This document shows positions 1-8,902 of a stretch of DNA of 49,765 bases, piece after piece. Position 1 is the stretch's first letter; every line of letters starts with the position of its first letter. The notes under the pieces are model-generated. The model was given only the letters and a program-made list of their open reading frames with translations, made no database searches and was not told the DNA's origin. Source of the stretch: Oscillospiraceae bacterium (GTDB taxonomy: Bacteria; Bacillota; Clostridia; Oscillospirales; UBA929); contig JAIRTA010000012.1 of the NCBI GenBank assembly GCA_031255175.1, positions 1-49,765 on the forward strand, read 5' to 3'. The position numbers and the translations under genes were made by a program.

Positions 1-254
1 CCGTCACCCGCGAACAGATGGCGGCGTTGATCATCCGTTTCTGCGACGCGCTTGAGATCGAGTTGGGTAACGACACAGACATCACCTTCTCAGACGCCGG
101 TGACGTCAGCGACTGGGCCGAGGCATCCGTAGCGCGCGCGGCGGCGGCGGGCCTGATGCAGGGGTCCAACGGCCGTTTCAGACCGCTGGCCAGCTCGACA
201 CGGGCCGAAATCGCGCAGTTGATGATGAATTTTGTGGAAAAATATTTGACCTGA
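1..254 (+). CDS. SLH (S-layer homology) domain protein, C-terminal fragment; the 5' end lies outside the window
   Basis: Frame 3 is open from the window edge to TGA at 252-254. The translation ..TREQMAALIIRFCDAL..FSDAGDVSDWAEASVARAAAAGLMQGSNGRFRPLASSTRAEIAQLMMNF reads as a typical SLH repeat. Confidence 0.8.
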   Translation, partial: VTREQMAALIIRFCDALEIELGNDTDITFSDAGDVSDWAEASVARAAAAGLMQGSNGRFRPLASSTRAEIAQLMMNFVEKYLT

Positions 255-323
255 TCTGCGCCGCCGGCGCGCTGTCTCTCATGATTTTTATCAATTCCAA
301 TCTCTTCCTATTCGTTTCATTGC

Positions 324-377
324 AAGGGGGCTCTGACGTGGCAGCACCGCCGCGTCAGGGCCTCTCCCCTTCTTTTC
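324..377 (+). terminator. Probable intrinsic terminator of the upstream SLH gene
   Basis: A long imperfect GC-rich hairpin has the core ctgacg (333-338) paired with cgtcag (353-358) and outer aaggggg / cccctt arms. It is followed by tcttttc. Confidence 0.45.
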
Positions 378-639
378 GGACCGTCTGATGTCAAAACCTC
401 GCGAATGTTTTATTGTAGGGGGGCTTTGGTACGACGGCGGACATGACGATGAGAGGCGGCCACTCCCCTTTTGCCTGCATTCCCCGAGTGTGCGCTGGCG
501 TCAATTGCCGATTGTGCGCGGCGGCGCCTTGTGATATACTAGGTTCGGCCTGTCGTGGGCGTACCCCTCCCGCCGGGCCGATGTGGACGCTCTTGTCCTC
601 CGTCACTTACTTTTCCATATTTTAGGAAGGATGCGAATC

Positions 640-3600
640 ATGACATTGAGAAGAAAGAATATTCGAAAATTCTGCCGCGCTGCCGTGTCTTTGGCGCTGG
701 CCGCGGCACTTTTGATAGCGTCGCCCCAAGCGTTGATCACGCCCGTTTCGGGCGTGGGCACCTTGTACCGGGAAAACCGGATCTCTCTCGACGACCAGAG
801 CGATCTTGTGCTGACCACGCTGCAGCACATCTCGGCGGGCCGCCAGGAGGAGCGCTACATAGAATGGGGACCGCTCTCCGGTCTCCAGGCTGTTGTGGCC
901 TATGGCGACAAGGTGTCCGGGAACGCTTTGACAATGTCGGAGCTCCACCGGAGGCTGACGGCCGCCAATCTGGACGTGGCCGCCATTATAAACGGAGATT
1001 TCTTCACGCTGAGCACCGGCGAGCCGGTCGGCATCTTGGTCACGGACGGCATTTTGCGCGCTTCGGACAACTACGCCGCCGCCATCGGCTTTCCCGCGGG
1101 CGGCGGGGCCTTTATAGCCAAAGAGCCGCTGAAAATCACAATGTCGGCCCAGATCGGAGGCGATATCCGCGACATCGCCATCGACCATGTGAACCACACC
1201 CGCCGCGAGTCACGGCTTGTCCTGTTTACTCCGGATTTTGCCGCCACCACGCGGACGGATACGGAGGGCATCCATGTCATTTTGGATGTCTCCGGTTCCC
1301 TGACCATCGGCGGGATGGTGAGCGGCACCGTCCGCGAAGTTGTGCACGGAAAAGCTCCGGCCACCCTCACGGCGGGCCGGATGGTGCTGTCTGTGGACGC
1401 GAAGGGCCCCGTGAACCGCGTCGCCGACCTGACCCCGGGCGTCTCCGTCGCGATCCGCGTCGACTGCGCGGACAGCCGCTTTCTGTCTATCCCTTACGCC
1501 ATCGGCGCCAACGTGAAACTTCTGACAAACGGGCAGCTCGCCGAAGGGCTGGGCACCGGGACCGCGCCGCGCACGGCCTTTGGCATCAGGGGTGACGGCA
1601 CCTGCGTCTACTACACGGTGGACGGACGGCAGGAGGGTTACAGCGCCGGCCTCTCGCTGACCGACGTCGCCCTGCGGCTTCAGTCCCTCGGCTGTGTGGA
1701 GGCGATCAATCTGGACGGCGGCGGTTCCACGGTCCTGGGCGCGAAATACCCCGGGCAGGACGCCCTGAACCAGATGGGCAGGCCCTCCGACGGCCAGCAG
1801 CGCCGCGTGGCCAACTTCATTGCTCTGGTCAACACCATGCCGCGGACAGGCACGGTGGATAAGCTCTTTGTGTACCCGCGCGACGTCACCGTGTTGAAAA
1901 ACGCCAAAGTCGCCTTCAAAGGGTATGCCACAGACCTCAACTACCACACCGTGACGCCGCCGCCGCTGTCGTGGTGGTCCACCAACCGCACCGTCGGTTC
2001 TATGGACGCCGCGGGCGTGTTTACGGCGGCGAACGCCGGCGAAACCCTCGTGGGCGCGGAAAACCTCAACAATTACTATGTCTACGGAGACGCCGCCGTG
2101 CGGGTGGTGGATACGCTGGACTCCATCCGGCTGACGAACGAGGTCACGGGGCGGACGCTGTCGTCCCTGGCGGCGGCGCCCGGCGAGACAATCGATCTGG
2201 CGGCCACCGGCTTTTTAGACAATCTCGCGGTGAGCGGGCAGGACATCTGCTTCGCCTGGAGCGTCACCGGGCCTGTCGGCGACATCGATGTGAACGGGCG
2301 GTTCACCGCCTCCGACATCCTGGGGGCCGTGGGCCGTATCACGGTCTCATACGGCAACGTGGTAAACAGCATCTCCGTGGAGGTCGGCAAAATACCGCAG
2401 GCCGCCGAGACCTTCGAAGAAAAGAGCAACCGCCTCCCAGAGGGCGGCGACAAGATCTCCTTCCTGTACGAACGCGACATGGACAGGGTGCGGTACGGCC
2501 GGCAGGCGGGCCGCGTCACCTATGACTTCCGCGATATGCCGGCGGACGCGCCGCCGACGCTGACGCTGTCCGCGAACATCCCGCTCGCGGACCGCCCCGC
2601 CTACCTCAATTTGTGGGTCTTTGGCGACAATTCCGGCAATACGTTTGGGTTGAAGACCACAGACACGTCGGGTTATGAGACAGACCTGTCCGTGCGGACA
2701 TTGGACTTCGCGGGGTACCAATATTTCCAAATCGCCCTGCCGGCGAACACGGCCCGTGTCTCCGGCCTCTGGGTCACGCGCGCGGAGACCGGCGCGGAAC
2801 AGGGGACATTGTACACCGACCAATGGATCACGTCCCACCAACCTTACAACGACACACTGCCGCCCCTGGTGCGCATCGACACCGCGGACACGCTCTTACA
2901 GCCCGGTCACGCGGCGGTGGAGGGCTTTGCGACAGATGACAACGGCGCGCCGCTGCGCGACGCCGATGTGACGTTGCGCGTCGACGGCGTTGTCCAGCCC
3001 TTCAACTACGACCGCAGCACGGGCCGGCTGCAAGCCCTGCCCGCGCTGCCCGACGATCAGTGGCACAAGCTGACGCTGGAGGCGGCCGACCCGGCCGGCA
3101 ACCGGAGCCGCGTGAGCGTCGAAGTGTCGTCGGCCTTGGAGCCGTCCATTCCGCCCGTCCGTTTTTCCGACGTTGAGGACACGCACTGGGCCTACCTCGA
3201 CGTGGCGTTTTTAGACGCGCGCGGTATCCTCACCGATTTTGCCGCGGAGGACCGCGTTGAATTCAGACCGGACCGCGCGCTGACGCGCGCCGACATGGCC
3301 CTCTTCATCGCGCGGATGCTGCGGCTCAACACGGATGCCGCGGCGGACGTGACGCTGCCGTTCACCGACGCGGACGCCATCCCGCCCGAAGCCGCGCCGG
3401 CGGTCCGCGCGCTCTATGAGATGCGCGTCATCAAAGGCAAATCTCAAAACGGGCAGCTGTTCTTCGACCCCGCGGCGCCAATCTCCCGCGCCGAGTTCTG
3501 CACCATCATCGGGCGGACAATGGCGCAGGGTTACCAAAAAATCCCAACTACTTTCGCGGACGGCGACACTGTGCCCGCCTACGCCAAAGACCACATTGCG

Positions 3601-3708
3601 GTGTTGGTCTCTCTGGGCGTCATCGGCGGCTACCCCAACAACACGATGCGCCCGCAAAACAACATCACCCGCGCGGAAGCCGCCAAAGTCCTGTGCCGCC
3701 TGTATTGA
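640..3708 (+). CDS. Phosphodiester glycosidase (NAGPA/DUF2233-type) family protein with Ig-like repeats and three C-terminal SLH repeats
   Basis: The track ORF is 583-3708. I place the start at ATG 640, with AGGAAGG at 624-630, followed by the signal peptide MTLRRKNIRKFCRAAVSLALAAALLIASPQA. The N-terminal part contains ..CVEAINLDGGGSTVLG.., typical of the phosphodiester glycosidase family. The last ~180 aa are SLH repeats (FSDVEDTHWAYLDVAFLDARGIL, LPFTDADAIPPEAAPAVRALYEMRVIKG, FADGDTVPAYAKDHIAVLVSLGVIGGY). Confidence 0.85.
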   Translation: MTLRRKNIRKFCRAAVSLALAAALLIASPQALITPVSGVGTLYRENRISLDDQSDLVLTTLQHISAGRQEERYIEWGPLSGLQAVVAYGDKVSGNALTMSELHRRLTAANLDVAAIINGDFFTLSTGEPVGILVTDGILRASDNYAAAIGFPAGGGAFIAKEPLKITMSAQIGGDIRDIAIDHVNHTRRESRLVLFTPDFAATTRTDTEGIHVILDVSGSLTIGGMVSGTVREVVHGKAPATLTAGRMVLSVDAKGPVNRVADLTPGVSVAIRVDCADSRFLSIPYAIGANVKLLTNGQLAEGLGTGTAPRTAFGIRGDGTCVYYTVDGRQEGYSAGLSLTDVALRLQSLGCVEAINLDGGGSTVLGAKYPGQDALNQMGRPSDGQQRRVANFIALVNTMPRTGTVDKLFVYPRDVTVLKNAKVAFKGYATDLNYHTVTPPPLSWWSTNRTVGSMDAAGVFTAANAGETLVGAENLNNYYVYGDAAVRVVDTLDSIRLTNEVTGRTLSSLAAAPGETIDLAATGFLDNLAVSGQDICFAWSVTGPVGDIDVNGRFTASDILGAVGRITVSYGNVVNSISVEVGKIPQAAETFEEKSNRLPEGGDKISFLYERDMDRVRYGRQAGRVTYDFRDMPADAPPTLTLSANIPLADRPAYLNLWVFGDNSGNTFGLKTTDTSGYETDLSVRTLDFAGYQYFQIALPANTARVSGLWVTRAETGAEQGTLYTDQWITSHQPYNDTLPPLVRIDTADTLLQPGHAAVEGFATDDNGAPLRDADVTLRVDGVVQPFNYDRSTGRLQALPALPDDQWHKLTLEAADPAGNRSRVSVEVSSALEPSIPPVRFSDVEDTHWAYLDVAFLDARGILTDFAAEDRVEFRPDRALTRADMALFIARMLRLNTDAAADVTLPFTDADAIPPEAAPAVRALYEMRVIKGKSQNGQLFFDPAAPISRAEFCTIIGRTMAQGYQKIPTTFADGDTVPAYAKDHIAVLVSLGVIGGYPNNTMRPQNNITRAEAAKVLCRLY

Positions 3709-3753
3709 CCGTGAGGCATTGACCCCACGGGGGCACGCCCGGCCCGCGGCGCG

Positions 3754-4599
3754 TCAGCCCCGCCGCGCGAGTTCCCCGGCGGCAAACAGCTCCGCCACCT
3801 CCGGGTAGAGAAAAAACCCCTCGCCGATGCCAAAGCCGGCCGCGAGACGCAGTTTTTTCAGCAAGCTCTGCCCGTCGTCGTACAGGACAAAATGGGTCTC
3901 TCCGGACGCGCTCTTGTAGGTAAAATAATGCGCGCACAGCTCCTGAGAGAAAAACACCTGCCGCCCCGCCATCCGCTGCGCGAGCGCTTGGGGTGTCAGC
4001 GGCGCGCCCCGCCCGGCCCCCTTCGGCAGCGCGATGTCACACGCCAGGCGCTGCCATTCCGGCGCCAGCCGGCGGCCCTCGTACCGTTCCCGCGCCGCCG
4101 CCAGGCACTCGCGCACAGACCCGGACACCGGCGCGCAGGGGAACACAACGCGGCACGTGCGCGCGCAGTGCGCGTATTCCGCGGACACATACAACGCGAG
4201 CCCCTTGGCCTCCAATATGGGCGCGCACTCGGCCACAAGCTGTTCCAGGCGGCCGTGAGCGGGCGTCTCGAAGTCGGCCACAACCCCCTCGAAGTCGTGC
4301 TCGGCGCAGATCCGTACGATCATCTGGCAGAGCGCGCCCACATCGGCCGCCTCGTCCCGCTCCGCCGGCGCGCCGGTTTGGTCCGAGAGCACCATCAGGC
4401 CGCCGCGCGCGGACAGGTCGGCGCGCCGGCGGATCAAGGCGCGCGCCGGGTCCACCTCGTACGCCAGATGCGCCACACGACCCCCCAACGCCGACGCCGC
4501 CCGGACGTCGGCCGGCACAGCCGCCACAATGGGCAGCACAGCGGTTTCCATCTTGGCCGCACCCCCTTCCGGACCGTATGAAAACCCAAGCGCTTTCAT
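3754..4599 (-). CDS. Hypothetical protein, possibly a GH18-like (YaaH/YdhD-related) fold without a clear catalytic motif
   Basis: The track ORF is 3754-4641. The start is more likely ATG 4599 (MKALGFSY..), preceded by GAAGGAGGG. The C-terminal ..THFVLYDDGQSLLKKLRLAAGFGIGEGFFLYPEV resembles the end of GH18-type TIM barrels. The call is weak. Confidence 0.5.
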   Translation of the reverse strand: MKALGFSYGPEGGAAKMETAVLPIVAAVPADVRAASALGGRVAHLAYEVDPARALIRRRADLSARGGLMVLSDQTGAPAERDEAADVGALCQMIVRICAEHDFEGVVADFETPAHGRLEQLVAECAPILEAKGLALYVSAEYAHCARTCRVVFPCAPVSGSVRECLAAARERYEGRRLAPEWQRLACDIALPKGAGRGAPLTPQALAQRMAGRQVFFSQELCAHYFTYKSASGETHFVLYDDGQSLLKKLRLAAGFGIGEGFFLYPEVAELFAAGELARRG

Positions 4600-4650
4600 A
4601 CGCCCTCCTTCTGCCGCTTTTTTGTTTCCGGCGCAAATCAAAACATCCGA

Positions 4651-4679
4651 TTGTGAATCGCGTCGTCTTGTGGTATACT
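4651..4679 (+). promoter_or_regulatory. Candidate sigma-A type promoter for the yqeG-like gene
   Basis: TTGTGA (4651-4656), a 17-nt spacer ending in TGG, then TATACT (4674-4679). Confidence 0.35.
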
Positions 4680-4753
4680 ATAATTTAGTCTCTTGTTTTT
4701 TCTTTCCTCGCCTTTGGAATCTCATATCATTTATATGACGGGGCCGTTTGATT

Positions 4754-5275
4754 ATGCGAATGAGTAAGTTTGGCGCCAACTTCATCCCCGATAAAGTGTT
4801 TGCCAACATCCAGGACATCACCCCCGAATGGCTCCTCTCCAAAGGGCTGCGGGGCTTGGCTGTAGATCTAGACAACACGCTGGCCGGCTATGGGCAGAAA
4901 CGGCCGACGCCCGATGTCATCCTATGGATCGGCCGGATGTGTGAGGCGGGCCTTCGTGTCGTTATCATCACAAACAACGCGGAAGACCGTGTGCGGCAGT
5001 TTTGCGCGGGTCTTCCCGTCGCCTATGTTCACCGCGCGCGCAAGCCCTTTTTGCCCGGTTTCAAACGGGCCGTGGAGCTGCTCGGGCTCCCGCCGGACCA
5101 GGTGGGCGAAGTGGGTGACCAGATCTATACCGACGTCCTGGGCGCCAAGCGCAGCGGGCTGTTTTCCATCCTGGTCACGCCGCTGCACCTCAAGGGCCAC
5201 TTTTTTTTCAGCCTGCGCCGCCTCCTGGAGCAGCCCTTCATCCGCAAGGCGCTCCAGCGGGACGCCTGCCGGTGA
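4754..5275 (+). CDS. yqeG: YqeG-family HAD-IIIA phosphatase
   Basis: ..GLRGLAVDLDNTLAGYG.. is HAD motif I (DxDxT). ..VVIITNN.., ..RKPF.. and ..VGDQIYTDVLGAKRSG.. match the YqeG family layout. The start is uncertain between TTG 4748, ATG 4754 and ATG 4760. Confidence 0.85.
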   Translation: MRMSKFGANFIPDKVFANIQDITPEWLLSKGLRGLAVDLDNTLAGYGQKRPTPDVILWIGRMCEAGLRVVIITNNAEDRVRQFCAGLPVAYVHRARKPFLPGFKRAVELLGLPPDQVGEVGDQIYTDVLGAKRSGLFSILVTPLHLKGHFFFSLRRLLEQPFIRKALQRDACR

Positions 5276-5380
5276 CGCCGGGCCGCGCGTTTTGACCTCA
5301 CAGCGCCGGATTTCGACGGTTTTGAACCGTATGCCGGGCCGCCCGCGCGGAGCGTCGGAACAATGGGAAAGGAGTCCGCC

Positions 5381-6451
5381 GTGAACCGACTGCCCTCTCT
5401 ACAGGCGCTGCTGGAGGAGGAATCCCTCGACGCGCTGCTGCTCACCTCCCCCGTGGCCCGCTATTACGCCACAGACATCTTCACCACCGCCGGCATGGTG
5501 CTGATCACCCGCCAAGGCGGGACGTTTTATACGGATTTCCGCTACATCGAGGCCGCGCGGGCGCACCCGTCCGGTTACGCGGCGGAGATGATCAACCACG
5601 CGCGCCCTTACCGCGAGGCCGTCGGCGAGGCCCTGGCCCGCACGCGGGTGAAGACGCTCGGGTTTGAGCAGGACACCATGACGCTCACCGAATACGAAGC
5701 CCTTTCCCGCGCGCTTCCCGTGGATTTTGTTCCGGCGCACAAGGCGCTGCACAGGCGGCGGCGCGCCAAAGACGCCGAAGAACTCACCCGCATGGAGGAG
5801 GCCCAGCGCATCGCCGAGCGGGGATTTCTCGAAACACTCCCGCTCATCCGGGCCGGCATGACGGAACGGGCGCTGCGGGCCGAACTCATCGCCCGGCTGT
5901 ACAGGGCGGGCGCGGATCAGCTTTCGTTCGACCCCATCGTCGTGGCCGGTCCGGGCGCCGCGCGGCCGCACGGGGAGGCCGGCGACCGCCCCATCGCCCG
6001 GGGCGACTTTCTCATCATGGACTTCGGCGTCGTCCGCAGGGGCTACTGCTCCGACACCACCCGCACGGTGGCCGTCGGCACGGCCACCGACGAAATGCGC
6101 CGCGTGTACGACATTGTTCTGCGCGCGCAGCGCCGCGGCATCGAGGCGGCCCGCGCCGGCGTCACCGGCCGGGAGATCGACGCCGCGGCCCGCGACCTCA
6201 TCGCCGAAGAGGGGTATGGGGAACATTTCGGCCACGGTTTCGGCCACTGCCTGGGCCTTGAAGTCCACGAACCGGGCGGCGCCTCGCCCTCCGAGGAGAG
6301 CCCCTTGCCCGCCGGCGCCGTGCTCTCCGCCGAACCCGGCATCTATCTGCCCGGCCGTTTTGGGGTGCGCATTGAGGACGTCATTGTCCTCACCGGGACC
6401 GGCGCGCGCAACCTCACCGCCCTGCCCAAAGACCTGCTCGTGGTGGGATGA
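5381..6451 (+). CDS. M24-family Xaa-Pro aminopeptidase/dipeptidase
   Basis: The track ORF is 5363-6451. GTG 5381 lies 6 nt after GGAAAGGAG. It has a creatinase-like N-domain and a pita-bread C-domain with ..FLIMDFGVVRRGYCSDTTRT.., ..GHGFGHCLGLEVHE.., ..EPGIY..GVRIED... Its position next to efp matches the conserved yqhT-efp arrangement. Confidence 0.9.
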   Translation: MNRLPSLQALLEEESLDALLLTSPVARYYATDIFTTAGMVLITRQGGTFYTDFRYIEAARAHPSGYAAEMINHARPYREAVGEALARTRVKTLGFEQDTMTLTEYEALSRALPVDFVPAHKALHRRRRAKDAEELTRMEEAQRIAERGFLETLPLIRAGMTERALRAELIARLYRAGADQLSFDPIVVAGPGAARPHGEAGDRPIARGDFLIMDFGVVRRGYCSDTTRTVAVGTATDEMRRVYDIVLRAQRRGIEAARAGVTGREIDAAARDLIAEEGYGEHFGHGFGHCLGLEVHEPGGASPSEESPLPAGAVLSAEPGIYLPGRFGVRIEDVIVLTGTGARNLTALPKDLLVVG

Positions 6452-6461
6452 AAATTTCACC

Positions 6462-6490
6462 TTGCCAACGGCGCCGGTTTATAGTAAGAT
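6462..6490 (+). promoter_or_regulatory. Candidate sigma-A promoter upstream of efp
   Basis: TTGCCA (6462-6467), a 17-nt spacer, then TAAGAT (6485-6490). This implies a leader of about 110 nt before the efp ATG. Confidence 0.4.
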
Positions 6491-6601
6491 TATGAGTGCC
6501 GAATAGGCGCGGAAAACCGCACCCGTCCAGCCGGATGCGGTGCCCGAAAGAAAAATAATACCGCCTGAGCGAAAGCCCCGGCGGGGTGGAGGTCATCGGA
6601 T

Positions 6602-7165
6602 ATGGTTTCAGCGGGCGATTTTCGTAATGGCGTCACTTTTGAGATGGACGGTCAAGTGTTGCAGGTCGTGGAGTTTCAACATGTCAAACCCGGCAAAGGC
6701 GCGGCTTTTGTTCGCTGCAAGCTGAAAAACGTCATAGGCGGCGGCGTGGTCGAGCGTACGTTCAACCCCTCCGACAAGTTTGAAAACGCTTATGTGGAGC
6801 GCCGCGACATGCAGTACCTGTATGCCGACGGCGACCTGCATTATTTCATGGACATGGAGACATACGAACAGATCCCCGTCTCCAAGGGCACGCTGGGCAG
6901 CGGCTTTCAGTTTGTCAAAGAGAACATGGAGTGCAAAGTGATCTCTTACAAAGGCAATGTCTTCAATGTGGAGCCGCCCGTGTTTGTCGAGCTGGAAGTC
7001 ACGGAGACGGAGCCGGGCGTGCGCGGCGACACCGCGAACAACGTGACAAAGCCCGCCACCGTGGAGACAGGCGCCGAGATCCGCGTCCCCATTTTTATCA
7101 ACGCCGGCGAAATGATCCGCATCGACACCCGCACCGGCGAATACATGGAGCGCGCCAAAGGCTGA
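6602..7165 (+). CDS. efp: Translation elongation factor P
   Basis: [44 protein letters not shown].. is the canonical EF-P N-terminus including the KPGKG loop. The length is 187 aa. GGAGG lies 9 nt upstream of the ATG. Confidence 0.97.
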   Translation: MVSAGDFRNGVTFEMDGQVLQVVEFQHVKPGKGAAFVRCKLKNVIGGGVVERTFNPSDKFENAYVERRDMQYLYADGDLHYFMDMETYEQIPVSKGTLGSGFQFVKENMECKVISYKGNVFNVEPPVFVELEVTETEPGVRGDTANNVTKPATVETGAEIRVPIFINAGEMIRIDTRTGEYMERAKG

Positions 7166-7203
7166 CTTTTTCGCGCCCATCACCGGAAAGGATGTGTGCC
7201 CGC

Positions 7204-7722
7204 ATGAGTTATTTGAAAAAACTCGGCTATGTCAAAGGGCTGGCCGAGGGGTTGGCGCTGGATGAGAACACCAAGGAGGGCCGCGTGTTGAGCGCGATGA
7301 TCGATCTTTTGGATGAGATAACGGACAGTCTCTCCGGCGTGGAGGAGGCAAACGAGCACCTGGGCGAGGAACTGAACGCCGTGACGGAGGACGTGCGGCG
7401 TCTGGACGAAACGGTGGACAGCCTCGGCGAGTGTGTCGAAAACATCACGGATGGCCTGTCGCGCCTCCTGACGATCATCTCCGACGATGACGACGAAGAT
7501 GACGACGATGAGGATGACGAGGACGACGATGCCCTGCCCGACAGGGACTATTATTACGAGATCAAATGCCCAAAGTGCGGCGAGGAAACCGTCATCAACG
7601 AGGAGATGTTGGAAGAGGGCGGCATCCAGTGCCCAAAATGCGGCGAAAATCTGGAATTCGATCTCGAATGCGACGACCCGGCCTGCGATGATCCGAATTG
7701 CGACGGGCACCACCACCCGTGA
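7204..7722 (+). CDS. CD1247 N-terminal-domain-like protein with an acidic linker and a C-terminal zinc ribbon
   Basis: This is the in-frame tail of track ORF 6931-7722, with the real start at ATG 7204 (MSYLKKLGYVKGLAEGL..). It has a helical N-part, a run DDDDEDDDDEDDEDDD, then CPKCGEE..(16 residues)..CPKCGEN (two CxxC pairs). Confidence 0.7.
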   Translation: MSYLKKLGYVKGLAEGLALDENTKEGRVLSAMIDLLDEITDSLSGVEEANEHLGEELNAVTEDVRRLDETVDSLGECVENITDGLSRLLTIISDDDDEDDDDEDDEDDDALPDRDYYYEIKCPKCGEETVINEEMLEEGGIQCPKCGENLEFDLECDDPACDDPNCDGHHHP

Positions 7723-7887
7723 CGGCCGCCGCTCTCTTTTTTCGGGTGCGCCGCGGCCGCGCCCGGTTTGCGCGCGTTCGGCTATGCGCGGTTTGATCAA
7801 AACACTTTGTTTTCCCCGCCTTTTGGCGGGGAAAAACTATAGGCAACCTCCCAAAGCCCCGCGCGCGGCGCGGCGCCGGCTCTTTTT

Positions 7888-7964
7888 GCGGTCAATCCCG
7901 CAATCGATCCCGCGGTCAATCCACAAAAGCGATACTTGGTAATATTTGGTAACATTGGGTGATA
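7888..7964 (+). repeat. Two sets of short tandem repeats immediately upstream of nadA (3 x 12 bp and 3 x 10 bp)
   Basis: The 12-bp units are gcggtcaatccc, gcaatcgatccc and gcggtcaatcca (7888-7923). The 10-bp units are cttggtaata, tttggtaaca and ttgggtgata (7935-7964). The second set ends at the nadA ATG. Confidence 0.6.
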
Positions 7965-8875
7965 TGACTATGGACGAACGACAACGGCGTGTGCGCGCGC
8001 TGGCCAAAGAGAAGCGCGCGCTGATCCTGGCGCATTTTTACCAGACGATGGACATTCAGGAGGTCGCGGACGTGGTCGGCGACTCCTTTGAGTTGGCCCG
8101 GCAGGCCCGGCAGGCCACGCACCCCGTCATTGTCCTGTGCGGGGTCCGCTTCATGGCCGAGAGCGCCAAATTGCTGAACCCGGACAAGACCGTGCTGCTC
8201 CCCGCGCCGGACGCGGGCTGCCCGATGGCCGACATGGTCACGCCCGACGACGCGGCCGCGCTGCGGGCCAAGTACCCCGACGCCGCGTTTTTGTGTTATG
8301 TCAACTCGACGGCCGCCGTCAAAGCGGCCTGCGACGTCTGCTGCACCTCCTCCTCGGCGGTGCGCGTGGCCCGCGCGCTGCCGCAGCGGGAGATTGTCTT
8401 TTTGCCCGACCAAAACCTGGGGCATTTTGTGGCCGGGCAGGTGCCGGAGAAGCGTTTTCATCTCTACGACGGCTACTGCATTGTCCACCACTTGGTGCGG
8501 GCCGAAGATGTACACGCGGCGCGGCGGGCGCACCCCGAGTGCCTGGTGCTGGTCCACCCGGAATGCCCGCCCGATGTCGTGGCCCTGGCCGACTTCGTCG
8601 GCTCCACGGCGGAGATTTTGCGCTGTGTGGAACAGCGGGAGGCGGAGAGCTTCCTCATCGGCACCGAGGTCGGCGTGGTCGAACGGCTGCGCGTGACGGC
8701 GCCGGGCAAGCGTGTCTTTTTGCTCAAGCCCTCGCTGCTGTGCCGGAATATGAAAAAAACCACCCTGGCCGACCTGACGCACGCGCTGGAGACCGGACGG
8801 GAGGCCATAGAGATCGACCCCGCGCTGGCGCAGCCCGCCCGCCGCACGCTGGACCGAATGATCGAATTCTTTTGA
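7964..8875 (+). CDS. nadA: Quinolinate synthase
   Basis: ..KEKRALILAHFYQTMDIQEVADVVGDSFELARQA..VLCGVRFMAESAKLLNPDKTVLLP..GCPMADM.. is a clear NadA signature. The track start TTG 7946 is doubtful; ATG 7964 or 7970 fits NadA N-termini better. Confidence 0.93.
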   Translation: MTMDERQRRVRALAKEKRALILAHFYQTMDIQEVADVVGDSFELARQARQATHPVIVLCGVRFMAESAKLLNPDKTVLLPAPDAGCPMADMVTPDDAAALRAKYPDAAFLCYVNSTAAVKAACDVCCTSSSAVRVARALPQREIVFLPDQNLGHFVAGQVPEKRFHLYDGYCIVHHLVRAEDVHAARRAHPECLVLVHPECPPDVVALADFVGSTAEILRCVEQREAESFLIGTEVGVVERLRVTAPGKRVFLLKPSLLCRNMKKTTLADLTHALETGREAIEIDPALAQPARRTLDRMIEFF

Positions 8876-8902
8876 GCCATCTGACTTCGGGGGGATGATT
8901 GC

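Noticed and set aside
555-4688. Arg/Pro-rich ORFs overlapping the phosphodiester glycosidase gene and the 3754-4599 gene (e.g. 555-1595, 1210-1947, 3993-4688, 4037-4636).
   Set aside because: They are alternative-frame artefacts of GC-rich coding DNA, and the chosen frames carry signal peptides and SLH or family motifs.
7810-7835. The hairpin ttttccccgcc-tttt-ggcggggaaaa, considered as a terminator after the zinc-ribbon gene.
   Set aside because: The T-tract precedes and the A-tract follows the stem in both orientations, which is the wrong polarity for an intrinsic terminator. It may still be structural, but I do not call it.
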